Positions 22,236 through 33,108 of a stretch of 64,000 nt of DNA are shown piece by piece. Below the pieces are notes generated by a model, which did no database searches, had not been told where the DNA came from, and saw nothing but the letters and a program-made list of their open reading frames with translations. The stretch is from an uncultured delta proteobacterium (GTDB taxonomy: Bacteria > Desulfobacterota > BSN033 > UBA1163). The position numbers and the translations under genes were made by a program. The first letter of the stretch is position 1. Every line of letters begins with the position of its first letter. The stretch lies in NCBI GenBank assembly GCA_963708295.1, contig CAVPSJ010000004.1:928001-992000 (forward strand), in the 5' to 3' direction.

Positions 22236-22544
22236 TTATAATTTGATCTCCACATCGATTCCGGCTGCCAGGTCGAGCTTCATCAATGCATCCACCGTCT
22301 GCTGGGTTGGCTCCAGAATATCCAGAAGACGCTTATGGGTCCGAATCTCGAACTGCTCTCTGGATTTTTTATCCACATGAGGAGATCGCAGTACGCAATA
22401 TTTGTTGATCTTGGTCGGAAGAGGGATGGGCCCTGCCACGCTCGCTCCCGTTCGGCGAACCGTGTCGACGATCTCGGCCGTCGACTTGTCCAGAAGTTTA
22501 TGATCATAAGATTTTAAACAGACCCTGATCTTCTGAGTTGTCAT
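22236..22544 (-). CDS. rpsJ: 30S ribosomal protein S10
   Basis: [20 protein letters not shown]; start trimmed. Confidence 0.99.
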   Translation of the reverse strand: MTTQKIRVCLKSYDHKLLDKSTAEIVDTVRRTGASVAGPIPLPTKINKYCVLRSPHVDKKSREQFEIRTHKRLLDILEPTQQTVDALMKLDLAAGIDVEIKL

Positions 22545-22566
22545 GTCAAAGCCCCTCTCCTTATTA

Positions 22567-23766
22567 TTATTCGAGGACATCGCTGATGACGCCTGCACCA
22601 ACCGTACGGCCTCCCTCCCGAATCGCAAACCGCAACTCCTTTTCCATCGCGATCGGCGTGATCAACTCAATCGTCAACGAAACATTGTCCCCGGGCATCA
22701 CCATCTCCACCCCCTCCGGCAATGCCGCCACTCCCGTCACATCCGTCGTCCGAAAGTAAAACTGAGGCCGATACCCGTTGAAAAACGGCGTATGCCGACC
22801 CCCTTCCTCCTTCGTCAAGATATACGCCTCCGCCTTAAACTTCCGATGGGGCGTGATCGACCCAGGCTTGGCCACCACCTGTCCCCGCTCCACTTCCTCT
22901 CGCTTCGTCCCTCGCAACAACACCCCAATGTTATCCCCAGCCTGCCCCTGATCCAGCGTCTTCCGAAACATCTCCACTCCCGTACACACCGTCTTCACCG
23001 TCGGCCGAATCCCCACCACCTCCACCTCATCTCCCACCTTGACCACCCCTCGCTCCGCTCGCCCCGTCACCACCGTCCCTCGCCCCGAAATCGTAAACAC
23101 ATCCTCCACCGGCAACAAAAACGGCTTGTCTATCTCCCGAACCGGCTCCGGAATAAACGTGTCCACCGCATCCATCAGCTTCCATATCCCGCTGCACCAC
23201 TGACAGTCCGGCTTCCCACACCCACACTCCAACGCCTTCAGCGCACTGCCCCGAATCACCGGAGAACTCTCCCCAGGAAAATCATACCCCGATAACAACT
23301 CCCTCACCTCCAACTCCACCAAATCCAATAACTCCGGATCCTCCACCATGTCCACCTTGTTCAAAAACACCACAATATACGGCACCCGAACCTGCTTCGC
23401 CAATAACACATGCTCTCGCGTCTGAGGCATCGGCCCGTCCGCCGCCGATACCACCAAAATCGTCCCGTCCATCTGCGCCGCACCCGTAATCATATTCTTG
23501 ATATAGTCCGCATGCCCCGGACAATCAATGTGCGCATAATGACGCTTCGCCGTCTCATATTCCACATGCGCAATCGCGATCGTCAAACCCCGCTCCTTCT
23601 CCTCCGGCGCCTTGTCTATCTGATCAAACGCCATGTAGGAGGCCCACTTCTTCGTCGCCAATACCTTCGTGATCGCTGAGGTCAACGTCGTCTTCCCATG
23701 ATCCACATGACCAATCGTCCCGATGTTCACATGCGGCTTTGTCCTCTCATACTTCGGCTTCGACAT
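22567..23766 (-). CDS. tuf: Elongation factor Tu
   Basis: [31 protein letters not shown]. Confidence 0.99.
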   Translation of the reverse strand: MSKPKYERTKPHVNIGTIGHVDHGKTTLTSAITKVLATKKWASYMAFDQIDKAPEEKERGLTIAIAHVEYETAKRHYAHIDCPGHADYIKNMITGAAQMDGTILVVSAADGPMPQTREHVLLAKQVRVPYIVVFLNKVDMVEDPELLDLVELEVRELLSGYDFPGESSPVIRGSALKALECGCGKPDCQWCSGIWKLMDAVDTFIPEPVREIDKPFLLPVEDVFTISGRGTVVTGRAERGVVKVGDEVEVVGIRPTVKTVCTGVEMFRKTLDQGQAGDNIGVLLRGTKREEVERGQVVAKPGSITPHRKFKAEAYILTKEEGGRHTPFFNGYRPQFYFRTTDVTGVAALPEGVEMVMPGDNVSLTIELITPIAMEKELRFAIREGGRTVGAGVISDVLE

Positions 23767-23799
23767 GGCTCAAACCCTCCTTTAGCTTTTGGGGTGCGC

Positions 23800-25881
23800 T
23801 CAAGCGACCCTCTTCAACTGGGAAAGGATCTCCTCACTCACAGATGCTGGAACCGGGCTATAATGAGAGAATTGCAGAGTAAAGGTTGCCCTTCCCTGGG
23901 TAAGGGACCGAAGGTCCGTAGCATATCCGAACATATTGGCCAGGGGGGCGTCCCCAACAATCACATTGGTTCCCCCGCGATATTCCACTTTTGTTGTTTT
24001 GCCTCTCCTGGAGGTAAGGTCTGCCACGACCTGGCCCATGAACTCCTCCGGAGTAATAATTTCAATGGACATCAATGGCTCGAGAAGGATGGGGTGGGCT
24101 TGGCGAACCCCTTCCTTGAAACCCATCGAACCGGCAATTTTAAATGCCATTTCAGAAGAGTCCACATCATGGTACGAGCCGTCAATCAGGGTCACCTTGA
24201 TATCGACCATGGGATAACCTGCCAACACTCCTCTCTCCATGGCTTCGAGCACACCCTTCTGGACGGCGGGAATATACTCGCGAGGAATCGCTCCTCCGAC
24301 AATCCGACTGACAAATTCAAAGCCTTTGCCCGGCACCTGGGGCTCGAGGGTCAACCAGACATGACCGTACTGACCTCTCCCGCCTGACTGGCGAATAAAT
24401 CGACCTTCTGCTTTCACCCCCTTGGTGATCGTTTCTCGATAAGCCACCTGAGGTTTCCCGACACTGGCATCCACTTTGAATTCCCTGAGGAGTCGATCCA
24501 CGATAATCTCAAGATGGAGTTCCCCCATTCCTGAAATGATGGTTTGGCCTGATTCCTCATCTGTCTTCACCTTGAAGGAAGGATCTTCAAGAGTCAATTT
24601 CTGCAGGGAAATCCCGAGCTTATCAATATCCCCTTTTGTCTTCGGCTCAATCGCAATTGAGATTACCGGGTTAGGGAAGGTCATGGCCTCGAGAATGATC
24701 GGCTGTTTCTCACTACAGATCGTATCTCCCGTGGTGGTATATTTCATGCCGACGGCGGCAAAGATGTCCCCCGCTGTTACTTCTTGGATCTCTTCGCGTT
24801 TATTCGCGTGCATTTTGAGCAGGCGGCCGATCCGTTCCCGTTTTCCTTTGATGGAGTTAAAAACGGAATCGCCGGACTTCAATGAGCCCGAATAAATTCG
24901 AAAGAAAGTCAACTGTCCGGTATAAGGATCGCTCATGATTTTAAAGGCCAAAGCCGAGAGCGGGTGACCGTTATTGGCGGAAAAGGCAAGTTCTTTTCCT
25001 TGAGCATCGAACCCCTTCACGGGAGGGACATCAAGAGGGGAAGGGAGATAGTTAATAATGGCATCGAGGAGAGGTTGAACCCCCTTATTCCGAAAAGCAG
25101 AACCACAGAGAACCGGGATTCCTTTCAACCGGAGGGTAGTTTCTCTCAGACCCTTCCTGATTTCTTCCTCTGTGACATCTTGGCCATCGATAAACTTCTC
25201 CATAAGATAGTCGTTTTGTTCTGCCAGCTTTTCGACAAGATACTCCCTTGCGACGGAGGCTTCCCCGAGATAGGTCTCCGGAATTTTCACCACCTCATAG
25301 TTTGCCCCAAGGCTATGGGGATCATAGACGATGGCCTTCATGGTGACGAGATCGATCACCCCTTGAAAATCATTTTCCTTTCCAAGAGGAAGCTGGATTG
25401 GCAAAGGGGTCGTCTTAAGACGATCCACCATCATCTGAAGACATCCCTGAAAGTTTGCGCCGACGCGATCCATCTTATTGATAAAAGCGATCCTCGGAAT
25501 CTGATATTTATCGGCTTGTCTCCACACGGTTTCCGATTGAGGCTCCACGCCTCCCACGGCGCAGAAGACCGCCACGGCTCCGTCGAGGACGCGAAGGGAT
25601 CGTTCGACCTCTATCGTGAAATCCACATGACCGGGAGTGTCGATGATATTGATCCGGTGATCTTTCCAGAAGCAAGTGGTCGCAGCCGAAGTGATCGTAA
25701 TTCCTCGCTCTTTTTCCTGCTCCATCCAATCCATGGTCGCGGACCCTTGATCCACTTCCCCGATCTTGTAGGTCACGCCGGTATAGTAAAGAATCCGTTC
25801 CGTGGTCGTCGTCTTGCCGGCGTCAATGTGGGCCATGATGCCGATGTTTCTTGTCTGTTCTTTCAATAATTCGTTTGCCAC
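23800..25881 (-). CDS. fusA: Elongation factor G
   Basis: [24 protein letters not shown]. Confidence 0.99.
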   Translation of the reverse strand: MANELLKEQTRNIGIMAHIDAGKTTTTERILYYTGVTYKIGEVDQGSATMDWMEQEKERGITITSAATTCFWKDHRINIIDTPGHVDFTIEVERSLRVLDGAVAVFCAVGGVEPQSETVWRQADKYQIPRIAFINKMDRVGANFQGCLQMMVDRLKTTPLPIQLPLGKENDFQGVIDLVTMKAIVYDPHSLGANYEVVKIPETYLGEASVAREYLVEKLAEQNDYLMEKFIDGQDVTEEEIRKGLRETTLRLKGIPVLCGSAFRNKGVQPLLDAIINYLPSPLDVPPVKGFDAQGKELAFSANNGHPLSALAFKIMSDPYTGQLTFFRIYSGSLKSGDSVFNSIKGKRERIGRLLKMHANKREEIQEVTAGDIFAAVGMKYTTTGDTICSEKQPIILEAMTFPNPVISIAIEPKTKGDIDKLGISLQKLTLEDPSFKVKTDEESGQTIISGMGELHLEIIVDRLLREFKVDASVGKPQVAYRETITKGVKAEGRFIRQSGGRGQYGHVWLTLEPQVPGKGFEFVSRIVGGAIPREYIPAVQKGVLEAMERGVLAGYPMVDIKVTLIDGSYHDVDSSEMAFKIAGSMGFKEGVRQAHPILLEPLMSIEIITPEEFMGQVVADLTSRRGKTTKVEYRGGTNVIVGDAPLANMFGYATDLRSLTQGRATFTLQFSHYSPVPASVSEEILSQLKRVA

Positions 25882-25892
25882 AAATTAACCTC

Positions 25893-26363
25893 TTACCACC
25901 GGTAATGGGCAAAAGCCTTATTGGCTTCAGCCATTTTATGGGTATCTTCTTTCTTTTTAATGGCGGCCCCCCGGTTATTGGCTGCATCCATCAATTCTGC
26001 CGAAAGCTTCTCCTCCATCGTCTTTTCGGATCGCTGTTTTGAGAAGCCGATGATCCAACGGATGGCCAAAGCAAGTTTTCTTTCCGGCCTGACTTCTACC
26101 GGGACCTGATAAGTGGCTCCTCCCACTCTTCTGGGTCTCACCTCAATCAGGGGTTTCACGTTGTTCATCGCTTGGCTGAAAACTTTCGCCGGGTCTGAAT
26201 GAGTCTTTTCTTTGATGATTTCAAGGGCCTGATAAAAAATCCCTTCTGCCGAGCTCTTCTTTCCGCGGCGCATGATCCCGTTGATGAATTTTGCGGTCAG
26301 CGTATCGTGATATTTCGGGTCGGGCAATACTTCCCTTTTTTTGACTTCTCTTTTTCTGGGCAT
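25893..26363 (-). CDS. rpsG: 30S ribosomal protein S7
   Basis: [24 protein letters not shown]. Confidence 0.99.
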   Translation of the reverse strand: MPRKREVKKREVLPDPKYHDTLTAKFINGIMRRGKKSSAEGIFYQALEIIKEKTHSDPAKVFSQAMNNVKPLIEVRPRRVGGATYQVPVEVRPERKLALAIRWIIGFSKQRSEKTMEEKLSAELMDAANNRGAAIKKKEDTHKMAEANKAFAHYRW

Positions 26364-26412
26364 AAAAGCTCCTTCTTCCTGGCTGATGGATGGGTTGGGA
26401 AGAGAAGTTTAG

Positions 26413-26784
26413 CTATTTGGGTTTTTTTGCTCCGTATTTGGAGCGGCTCTGTTTACGGTCCTGGACGCCTACGGAGTCCAAGGTGCCACGGATGATGTGG
26501 TACCGAACCCCCGGAAGGTCTTTGACCCTTCCTCCTCGAATGAGAACGACGGAGTGTTCCTGAAGGTTATGGCCGACCCCTGGAATGTAGGTGGTTACCT
26601 CGATTCCATTGGTCAATCTCACTCGAGCAACTTTTCGAAGAGCGGAATTAGGTTTCTTGGGAGTGGTTGTGTAAACTCGAATACAAACCCCTCTTTTTTG
26701 AGGGGATCCCGTAAGAGCAGGGGCAGAAGTCTTACTCTTGGTGCCTTTCCTTCCTTCGCGAACCAGTTGACTAATCGTAGGCAT
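26413..26784 (-). CDS. rpsL: 30S ribosomal protein S12
   Basis: [27 protein letters not shown]. Confidence 0.99.
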   Translation of the reverse strand: MPTISQLVREGRKGTKSKTSAPALTGSPQKRGVCIRVYTTTPKKPNSALRKVARVRLTNGIEVTTYIPGVGHNLQEHSVVLIRGGRVKDLPGVRYHIIRGTLDSVGVQDRKQSRSKYGAKKPK

Positions 26785-26871
26785 TAATGACCTCATTTAT
26801 CAAAAATTAATTATTTCAGCAGGTTAAAAATTAAAAAAAAATTATGAGTAATTTAAGGGAAAAACTTAATA

Positions 26872-26900
26872 AATTTATCAGATTTTTTTCCATTTGTCAA
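26872..26900 (-). promoter_or_regulatory. Sigma-70-type promoter of the str operon
   Basis: TTGACA-N17-TAAATT in an AT-rich spacer. Confidence 0.7.
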
Positions 26901-27074
26901 TATCTTTTTTTGATTTTTGATGAAAAGTTAAGACAATTTGATGAAAAAGATGGCAGAGAGCAGAAAATCTATGATCCCGCCTGGTCTTTAATGAACGGTT
27001 AGAGATAAAAATACGTTCTTATTCATCTAACTCATTGAAATTATAATCAATCTTAGATTCTGCGCACAAAAAAC

Positions 27075-28418
27075 TTAATCTCCGGAAGATCGGGTTTCTG
27101 GCATGTAGCTTTCAATTCTTGCTGCCACACTGGCTGAAGCTTTTTCTCTCCCCTCTCTGACCTCCCACACCGGAACGATAGGAAAGACCTTTGTAAACAG
27201 GGCATAAAGGAGCATGAAGAGGGAGATGCAGCCTGCCAGGATCGACCACTCCACCCAGGTGGGAACGTAAAAGGCCCCCTCTACGGGCATTCTCTGTCTT
27301 GTCAACGTCGGGACGATAATGACGAACCTTTCCAACCACATTCCCAAAACGATCGAGATCGAAGCAATGACCGTTCCTGGGATAGTTCGATATTTCCTGA
27401 TGGCAAGAATCGGCAAAGGAATGACGAAACACAAGGTAAAGTGGAGCCAGAAGAGAGGTGCAAACTTTCCGGATATCTTCGACCAGAAAATGGCCATATG
27501 AACCGGCTCGTTTCCATAAACGACCGTGATATACTCTGCGAAGGTGAAATAAAACCATAGGAGAGTCATCGCCATCAGGAAGATGCCGATATTATTAAAG
27601 TGAATTGGCTTGATGTAGCTTTCGAGATGATAGGCCTTCCGAAGTATGGCCATCACGACAATCACACTCGCCACCCCCGAAAAGATGGCGCCGACGACGA
27701 AGTAGGGACCGAAGACTGCGCTGTGCCATAACGGCTGAATGGTCATGGCAAAAACAAAAGAGACGACGGTATGAACGGTGATCATCACCGGTATGACGAG
27801 AACCGACACAAACCCGATTGCCTTATCCAGACGACGATGTTCCTCCTCCGTGCCTCTCCACCCTAACGAGAGGATGCGGTAGAACCATTCCCTTCTGCCC
27901 CCAAGGTCCCTCAGCATCGCAATATCCGGAATGAGGGCGAGATAGAGGGAGATGGAGCTGACGGTCAAGTAAGTGGTAATGCTGCAGACGTCCCATAGCA
28001 AGGGGGAGGTGAAATGGGCATACCGGATGGCATAAAGCATTCGATCGGGTCTTCCCAGATCGATTAGGACACTTCCGACACCAAACATCAGAATGAAGAC
28101 CGTGGTGAGTTCAGAAAGCCGGCTGATCGGCCTCCGCCATTCTGCTTTGAGGACGCGGAGCACGGCTGAGATGAATGTCCCGGCATGACTGATCCCGATG
28201 AAAAAGACGAAGTCGGTAATATAGACGCCCCAGAAGATCTGCCTGGATAGTCCAGTCACACCTAGTCCCGTTCGATATTGCGTCACATAAGCATAAAGCC
28301 CCCAGAAAACAAGGGCGCCCAGAATCGAAATGGTGATATAAAAACCTTTCCCCGTTTTCCAGATATGCTCAAACAGGACGCTGTCTTCTCCGATGATCTT
28401 CTGTCTTTTATCAATCAT
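27075..28418 (-). CDS. dsrP: NrfD-family membrane subunit in the dsrP position (sequence more ActC-like)
   Basis: About 10 TM helices, DLGRPDR, SPLLWD, WLERF; follows dsrO. Confidence 0.75.
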   Translation of the reverse strand: MIDKRQKIIGEDSVLFEHIWKTGKGFYITISILGALVFWGLYAYVTQYRTGLGVTGLSRQIFWGVYITDFVFFIGISHAGTFISAVLRVLKAEWRRPISRLSELTTVFILMFGVGSVLIDLGRPDRMLYAIRYAHFTSPLLWDVCSITTYLTVSSISLYLALIPDIAMLRDLGGRREWFYRILSLGWRGTEEEHRRLDKAIGFVSVLVIPVMITVHTVVSFVFAMTIQPLWHSAVFGPYFVVGAIFSGVASVIVVMAILRKAYHLESYIKPIHFNNIGIFLMAMTLLWFYFTFAEYITVVYGNEPVHMAIFWSKISGKFAPLFWLHFTLCFVIPLPILAIRKYRTIPGTVIASISIVLGMWLERFVIIVPTLTRQRMPVEGAFYVPTWVEWSILAGCISLFMLLYALFTKVFPIVPVWEVREGREKASASVAARIESYMPETRSSGD

Positions 28419-28434
28419 AAGCGCCCAATCAAAA

Positions 28435-28528
28435 CTGGAGTGATGGAATACTGGAATAATGGAGTATTGGGAAAAAATTTAATTAGTCACTACCGATTTT
28501 TCCAATACTCCAATACTCCAATACTCCA
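28435..28528. repeat. Inverted 8-nt tandem-repeat hairpin (TGGAGTAT/ATACTCCA)
   Basis: tggagtgatggaatactggaataatggagtattgg ... ccaatactccaatactccaatactcca. Confidence 0.8.
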
Positions 28529-28540
28529 TCTACCCGTCTG

Positions 28541-29317
28541 TTACAGGATGTAATAAATTTTCGGCTTCGTTCCCAGCTCCGGCATTCGCTGATAAAGGGT
28601 CTTGAACTTAAGCACTTCCCGAATCTCTGATTTAGGATCCTTCAAATCGCCAAAGACCAGGGCTTTCTCTTTACAGGCCTCAACACAGGCGGGGATCAAG
28701 CCCTGGGCTAACCTTTCCACGCAGAAATTGCATTTCTCCACCACCCCCCGGGTCCTTGTTGGAAAATCGAGGTTTACTTTCTTGATGAAGGGCCGCGGAT
28801 CTCTCCAGTTGAAACTTCTTGATCCGTAGGGGCAGCCCGCCATGCAGTACCTGCAGCCGATGCACCGATGGAAATCCATCATGACGATGCCGTCTTCTCT
28901 TCTCCAGGTCGCCCGGGTGGGGCAGAACTTGACGCAGGGCGGATTGTCGCATTGATTGCAGAGCAACATCACGGGCTTCTGCTGATAGTCCTCTTGGGTT
29001 ACCTCAAACTCATGTTCGGGGAAGACATTCTCATAAGGCGCCTTCCAGATCCATTTGATCTCTTCTTTCAGGGTCCCCATATCGGGCACATTATGGATGC
29101 GGTGGCAGGCATCGATGCAATCCCTGCAGCCCTCCTCTTTCCAGCATTTGCGGACATAAGTCCCCATCCCCCATCGCTTCCGGGCCAAGGTTTCCGCATC
29201 CGGAGAGGGCTCGGCCGGCTCTTCCTTCGAAAAGACCTGCCAGCCGGGCTTGACCGAAAGACCGAGCAGGGTTAATCCTGCAACCTTCAGAAGTCCTCTT
29301 CGATCAAAATCCATCAC
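28541..29317 (-). CDS. dsrO: DsrO, periplasmic 4Fe-4S protein
   Basis: Tat motif DRRGLLK; CNQCDNPPCV, CIGCRYCMAGCP, RTRGVVEKCNFC. Confidence 0.93.
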   Translation of the reverse strand: MMDFDRRGLLKVAGLTLLGLSVKPGWQVFSKEEPAEPSPDAETLARKRWGMGTYVRKCWKEEGCRDCIDACHRIHNVPDMGTLKEEIKWIWKAPYENVFPEHEFEVTQEDYQQKPVMLLCNQCDNPPCVKFCPTRATWRREDGIVMMDFHRCIGCRYCMAGCPYGSRSFNWRDPRPFIKKVNLDFPTRTRGVVEKCNFCVERLAQGLIPACVEACKEKALVFGDLKDPKSEIREVLKFKTLYQRMPELGTKPKIYYIL

Positions 29318-29712
29318 GATGGTTTCTCCTCAAGCTGTTTCGGATAAATGTGGCAGTCCCAGCATTTATTCGTCACGCCTGCATAATTGTGACACTGGTC
29401 GCAAAACTCAGCCTTGTCCTTGTGGCAGTTCATACAGGTGCGGTTGAGACTCATGGTGTACGTTTTCTTATTCTGTGCGACGTAGGTCTTCCCGGCGTTC
29501 CGAACCACCGAGTTTCTCCAATCTTCGAGCAACGTCTTGTGGTTGATGCGAATGACATCTTTGGGTTCGATACACTCCTTTTTGTCGGCCGGAAGCTTGG
29601 GTTTAGGGACGTAATTCGATTTCCCGCTTGCCAGATTATGCCAGACCGGATAGGTGACTAACCCGAGGAAGAGGATCAGCCCCGGAATGATCTTCTTGCC
29701 GTCATACAGCAT
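29314..29712 (-). CDS. dsrJ: DsrJ, trihaem cytochrome c
   Basis: N-terminal TM helix; CMNCH, CDQCH, CWDCH. Confidence 0.95.
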   Translation of the reverse strand: MLYDGKKIIPGLILFLGLVTYPVWHNLASGKSNYVPKPKLPADKKECIEPKDVIRINHKTLLEDWRNSVVRNAGKTYVAQNKKTYTMSLNRTCMNCHKDKAEFCDQCHNYAGVTNKCWDCHIYPKQLEEKPS

Positions 29713-29719
29713 TGTTTTT

Positions 29720-29758
29720 CCCCCTCACCCTCCCCTCTCCCCCGGCGGGGAGAGGGAG
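29720..29758. repeat. REP-like palindrome overlapping the dsrK 3' end
   Basis: cccctcaccctcccctctcccccggcggggagaggga. Confidence 0.65.
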
Positions 29759-31356
29759 ACAGAAGAATCAAGGGGCTCACCCCGAAGATTGGTCGTTCTT
29801 TCCTTTTCCCCTTTGACGACCAGAGCATTCCCGACCAGCTCGTGGACGCCTCCTACCTCCACCCCGGGAACCCAATATTCCAGAAGGGGAGGAAGGGTTG
29901 CCTTGTCAATGGCACAGATACAGGACAGGAAATTCACGCCATACTCCCCTTGGACATACTTGACCGCATTGGCTCTCGGGAACCCCCCCCGTAAACGCAT
30001 CTCCATATTTTCATCCGAGCCCAGCCCCGAGCCGCTCCCGCAGCAGAAAGTCCTCTCCCGAATTGTGTTTTCCGGCATTTCGTAAAACTCCGGGCACACG
30101 TTCCGGAGAATAAACCGGGGTTCCTCAAGCAGGCCCATGCCGCGTGAGATGTTACAGGAATCGTGGTAGGTCACTTTCCATTTTGCGTTTCTGCTTGGGT
30201 CGAATTTCAATCGATTGTTCTTGATCAGGTCGGCCGTAAATTCACAGATGTGGACCATTTTGGTCGATTTTGCATGGTCAAAGGCCGTCTTGGTGATGGG
30301 GGAAACAGGCGCCTCCAGAAAATCTGCGGGACCGTTGAAGGTATCCATATATTGGTGAATCACCCTCCACATGTGACCGCACTCTCCCCCGAGGATCCAT
30401 TTGACTCCCAGCCTCTTGGCTTCGCTGTAGATTTTGGCATTGAGCCGCTTGGCCAGCTCCGCGGAGTGAAAGAAGCCAAAATTCCCTCCCTCCGAGGCAT
30501 AAGAGCTCCAGGTGTAGTCGAGGCCAATTTCGTGAAAGAGGAGGAGGTAACCCAGAAACGTATACCAATGAGGACTGCCAAAATAGTCGGCAGAAGGGGA
30601 GACAAAGAGAATCTCAGCTCCTTTCCGGTTGATAGGGACTTCCACCTGAACCCCCGTGATGTCTTTGACTTCGTCCACGGCAAAGTCCACGGTTGACTTG
30701 AAGGCATTCGGAGGAATGCCCAGATGATTTCCTGTGCGGTAACAATTCGATGCCGGTTCCAGCACCCAATTGATATTGCAGCCCAGAAGATTGAGGAGCT
30801 CCCGGGCCATCATCGTAATCTCGCAGGTATCGATGCCATAAGGACAGAAGACGGAGCAGCGACGGCACTCGGTACACTGGAAGAAATAATAAAACCATTC
30901 TTTCAGCACCTTCTCGGTAAGGTCCCGGGCTCCGGCATGCTTTCCGAGAACTTTTCCGGAAAGGGTGAAATATCTTCGGTAAACGGACCTCAGAAGCTCG
31001 GACCTGAGGACGGGCATGTTCTTCGGATCCCCGGATCCGATAAAAAAATGACATTTATCCGCGCAGGCGCCGCATCGCACGCAGATGTCGAGAAAGAGCT
31101 GAAAAGACCGGTAGCGCTTCAGGCGGTCTTTCATCCCTTTTAAGACGGTCTCTTTCCAGTTCTCCGGGAGTTTCCAGTCCCCCTCCGCGGGCTGCCATTC
31201 CCTCGGGTTCGGGAGATCGAGATACTTCTCATGTTTGGAGGCTGCGGGGTAGCAGTAGGTTCCTTTTCTGAACTCCACCGCGGATTCCATCCAGCTCCGG
31301 GCAGGAGGGGTGTAATCGATCTCAAGAGGTTTGTCTTTTCCACTCTCTTCGGGCAT
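29725..31356 (-). CDS. dsrK: DsrK, HdrD-like Fe-S subunit
   Basis: CVRCGACADKC, CTECRRCSVFCP, GECGH, CCGSG, CAIDK; start trimmed to MPEESG. Confidence 0.95.
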   Translation of the reverse strand: MPEESGKDKPLEIDYTPPARSWMESAVEFRKGTYCYPAASKHEKYLDLPNPREWQPAEGDWKLPENWKETVLKGMKDRLKRYRSFQLFLDICVRCGACADKCHFFIGSGDPKNMPVLRSELLRSVYRRYFTLSGKVLGKHAGARDLTEKVLKEWFYYFFQCTECRRCSVFCPYGIDTCEITMMARELLNLLGCNINWVLEPASNCYRTGNHLGIPPNAFKSTVDFAVDEVKDITGVQVEVPINRKGAEILFVSPSADYFGSPHWYTFLGYLLLFHEIGLDYTWSSYASEGGNFGFFHSAELAKRLNAKIYSEAKRLGVKWILGGECGHMWRVIHQYMDTFNGPADFLEAPVSPITKTAFDHAKSTKMVHICEFTADLIKNNRLKFDPSRNAKWKVTYHDSCNISRGMGLLEEPRFILRNVCPEFYEMPENTIRERTFCCGSGSGLGSDENMEMRLRGGFPRANAVKYVQGEYGVNFLSCICAIDKATLPPLLEYWVPGVEVGGVHELVGNALVVKGEKERTTNLRGEPLDSSVSLSPPGERGG

Positions 31357-31358
31357 AT

Positions 31359-32360
31359 CTATTCCTTTTCCACAGGGAGTCCGACTTCTTTCAACGCATC
31401 CCTGAAGTGATCTTCGTATTCCGCGTAGGTATGGACCTTGACCGGATAATCCCAGGGGTTCACGTGTCTTTCCGAGCGGCTGGTATTCATCAGATTTCTT
31501 GTGGGGCTCAAGAAGATTCCGGGCATGTGCATCAGCTTGCTGAAAGGAAAATAGGCCACCAGGAAGCTCACAAAAAAGAGATGGATGTAGAAGAGCAGGG
31601 TGACTCCCTTCGGAAGCATGGGCTGGAGCCGCAGCATCGCCATCACCCATTCTTTGACCTGGACCAAATCCTGCTTGTAAAAAACCCGCATGAGGACGCC
31701 GCTGGCGGCGATTCCGCCTAAGAGGAGAAGGACGAAGTAGTCCGAAGGGATTGAAATGTAACGAATCTGGGGATAGACCACACGCCGAAAGAAAAGGTAT
31801 GCCAGGGCGATGAAGATCAGAAAGTCTGTGATATAGGGGACAGGGAAGAGGCGAAAAAAGCCCTGAAAAATGGAATCGACTCTGATCAGGACGACGATGC
31901 AGCCGGGCAGGGGCTCGAGAAAAAACCTCAAATGCCTCACCCCGATCACGAGAAGGGACCAGTGGAAAGCCATGGCTCCCAGCCAGAGAAGGGTGCTGGT
32001 CCTGAAGAGAAGTCTGTGGGGCGCCTCAAGCTCGATCTTTTCATTCTTCAACAGGGAGCGGAAGAGGAGGATTTCGAGCGCCAGTCGCTTCACCACACCT
32101 CCTGTCGTGAAAGGACTGTTGATGTTATCCGGTTTTATCCAGGAAAGGGATTTTTGCTGTCCCGAGACCGTCGGGATATGGAACGGAACCGGAGCGCTTG
32201 CCCATTTCAACACCCGGTAGATAAAACCGATGATGAAGAGAAGAACGGCGGCATAAGGGATGAAGATGGTAAACAGAGCGTACAGGCTCATCCCGCCTGC
32301 GCCGACGATGACGAAAAGGAGAAGCACAAGAATCCCGAAGATCGAGTACCAAAGACCCAT
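31359..32360 (-). CDS. dsrM: DsrM, NarI-like cytochrome b
   Basis: PVPFHIPT..GQQKSL, FHWSLLVI..RH, YFPFSKLMH. Confidence 0.95.
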   Translation of the reverse strand: MGLWYSIFGILVLLLFVIVGAGGMSLYALFTIFIPYAAVLLFIIGFIYRVLKWASAPVPFHIPTVSGQQKSLSWIKPDNINSPFTTGGVVKRLALEILLFRSLLKNEKIELEAPHRLLFRTSTLLWLGAMAFHWSLLVIGVRHLRFFLEPLPGCIVVLIRVDSIFQGFFRLFPVPYITDFLIFIALAYLFFRRVVYPQIRYISIPSDYFVLLLLGGIAASGVLMRVFYKQDLVQVKEWVMAMLRLQPMLPKGVTLLFYIHLFFVSFLVAYFPFSKLMHMPGIFLSPTRNLMNTSRSERHVNPWDYPVKVHTYAEYEDHFRDALKEVGLPVEKE

Positions 32361-32381
32361 ATTTTTCTCGAAGTGTCTAAA

Positions 32382-32468
32382 TCCCCATCCCCCTCCTAAC
32401 CTCCCCCTTGAAGGGAGAGGAACACATTGATTTCCCTCCCTTCAGGGGGAGGGAAGGGTGGGGGTGGA
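32382..32468. repeat. Paired REP-like palindromes
   Basis: cctcccccttgaagggagagg and ccctcccttcagggggagggaagggtggggg. Confidence 0.6.
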
Positions 32469-32521
32469 GTTAATCAGATGTCTATTCAATTATGGACCGA
32501 CTGATAATTAACTCATTTTAG

Positions 32522-33028
32522 TCACTTTTTGGTCATTCTTTCCATCATCCGAAGCGCCATTTCCTTCTCGGCTTTAGCCTGGTTGACCCGAATCTCGCAG
32601 ATCTTCTCCCGGCAATTCATATAAGCATCGAAAGCCTGAAGAGCCAATGCATCGATTCTCGACTGAAAGGCTCGCCATGCCTCGATATTCTGTTCTCTGC
32701 AAATCTCACTCTTGAGCGTTTCCTCAATCGCCTTCTTCAGTTGGAAAATAAATCCCACCGCCTTCGAGGGAGAAAAATCCTGAACCGATCGGATTTTTAA
32801 AATTGCATCCAAAGAGGGCTGACACTGTCCATTTTGAACCCCTTCGCAGAGCTGTTTAAAAAGAGTATCTATCTCGCGAGAAAAGGTGGCGCCCACCGGG
32901 TTCTTAAACTGATTCTGCTCTTTTCTCATCAGGGTGACGGTATCGGCCGGATAGGTTTCCAGGATGAGATCGAGCCATCTCTTGAGAATGGTGGTTTTAT
33001 TCTGTAATAGAAGGTTTTCAAGCACCAT
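32522..33028 (-). CDS. dsrT: DsrT (RsbRD N-terminal-like domain)
   Basis: FKNPVG, IRSVQDFSPSKAVGF, AFDAYMNCRE; directly upstream of dsrM. Confidence 0.92.
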   Translation of the reverse strand: MVLENLLLQNKTTILKRWLDLILETYPADTVTLMRKEQNQFKNPVGATFSREIDTLFKQLCEGVQNGQCQPSLDAILKIRSVQDFSPSKAVGFIFQLKKAIEETLKSEICREQNIEAWRAFQSRIDALALQAFDAYMNCREKICEIRVNQAKAEKEMALRMMERMTKK

Positions 33029-33108
33029 AGAATCTAAAGATTGACGACCTCAACCCGCCCCCTCGGAACTGAGCAGTAGGACTTTTCCGGTTGGCGGCTT
33101 CATGCCTC

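Noticed and set aside
22543-23295. 250-aa His/Arg/Pro-rich ORF antisense to tuf, and other long antisense ORFs over rpoA, fusA and the regulator
   Set aside because: Shadows of codon bias in conserved genes, with no recognisable motifs.
28435-28528. CRISPR array or simple microsatellite
   Set aside because: Units are 6-8 nt with inverted arms, with no unique spacers and no cas genes.
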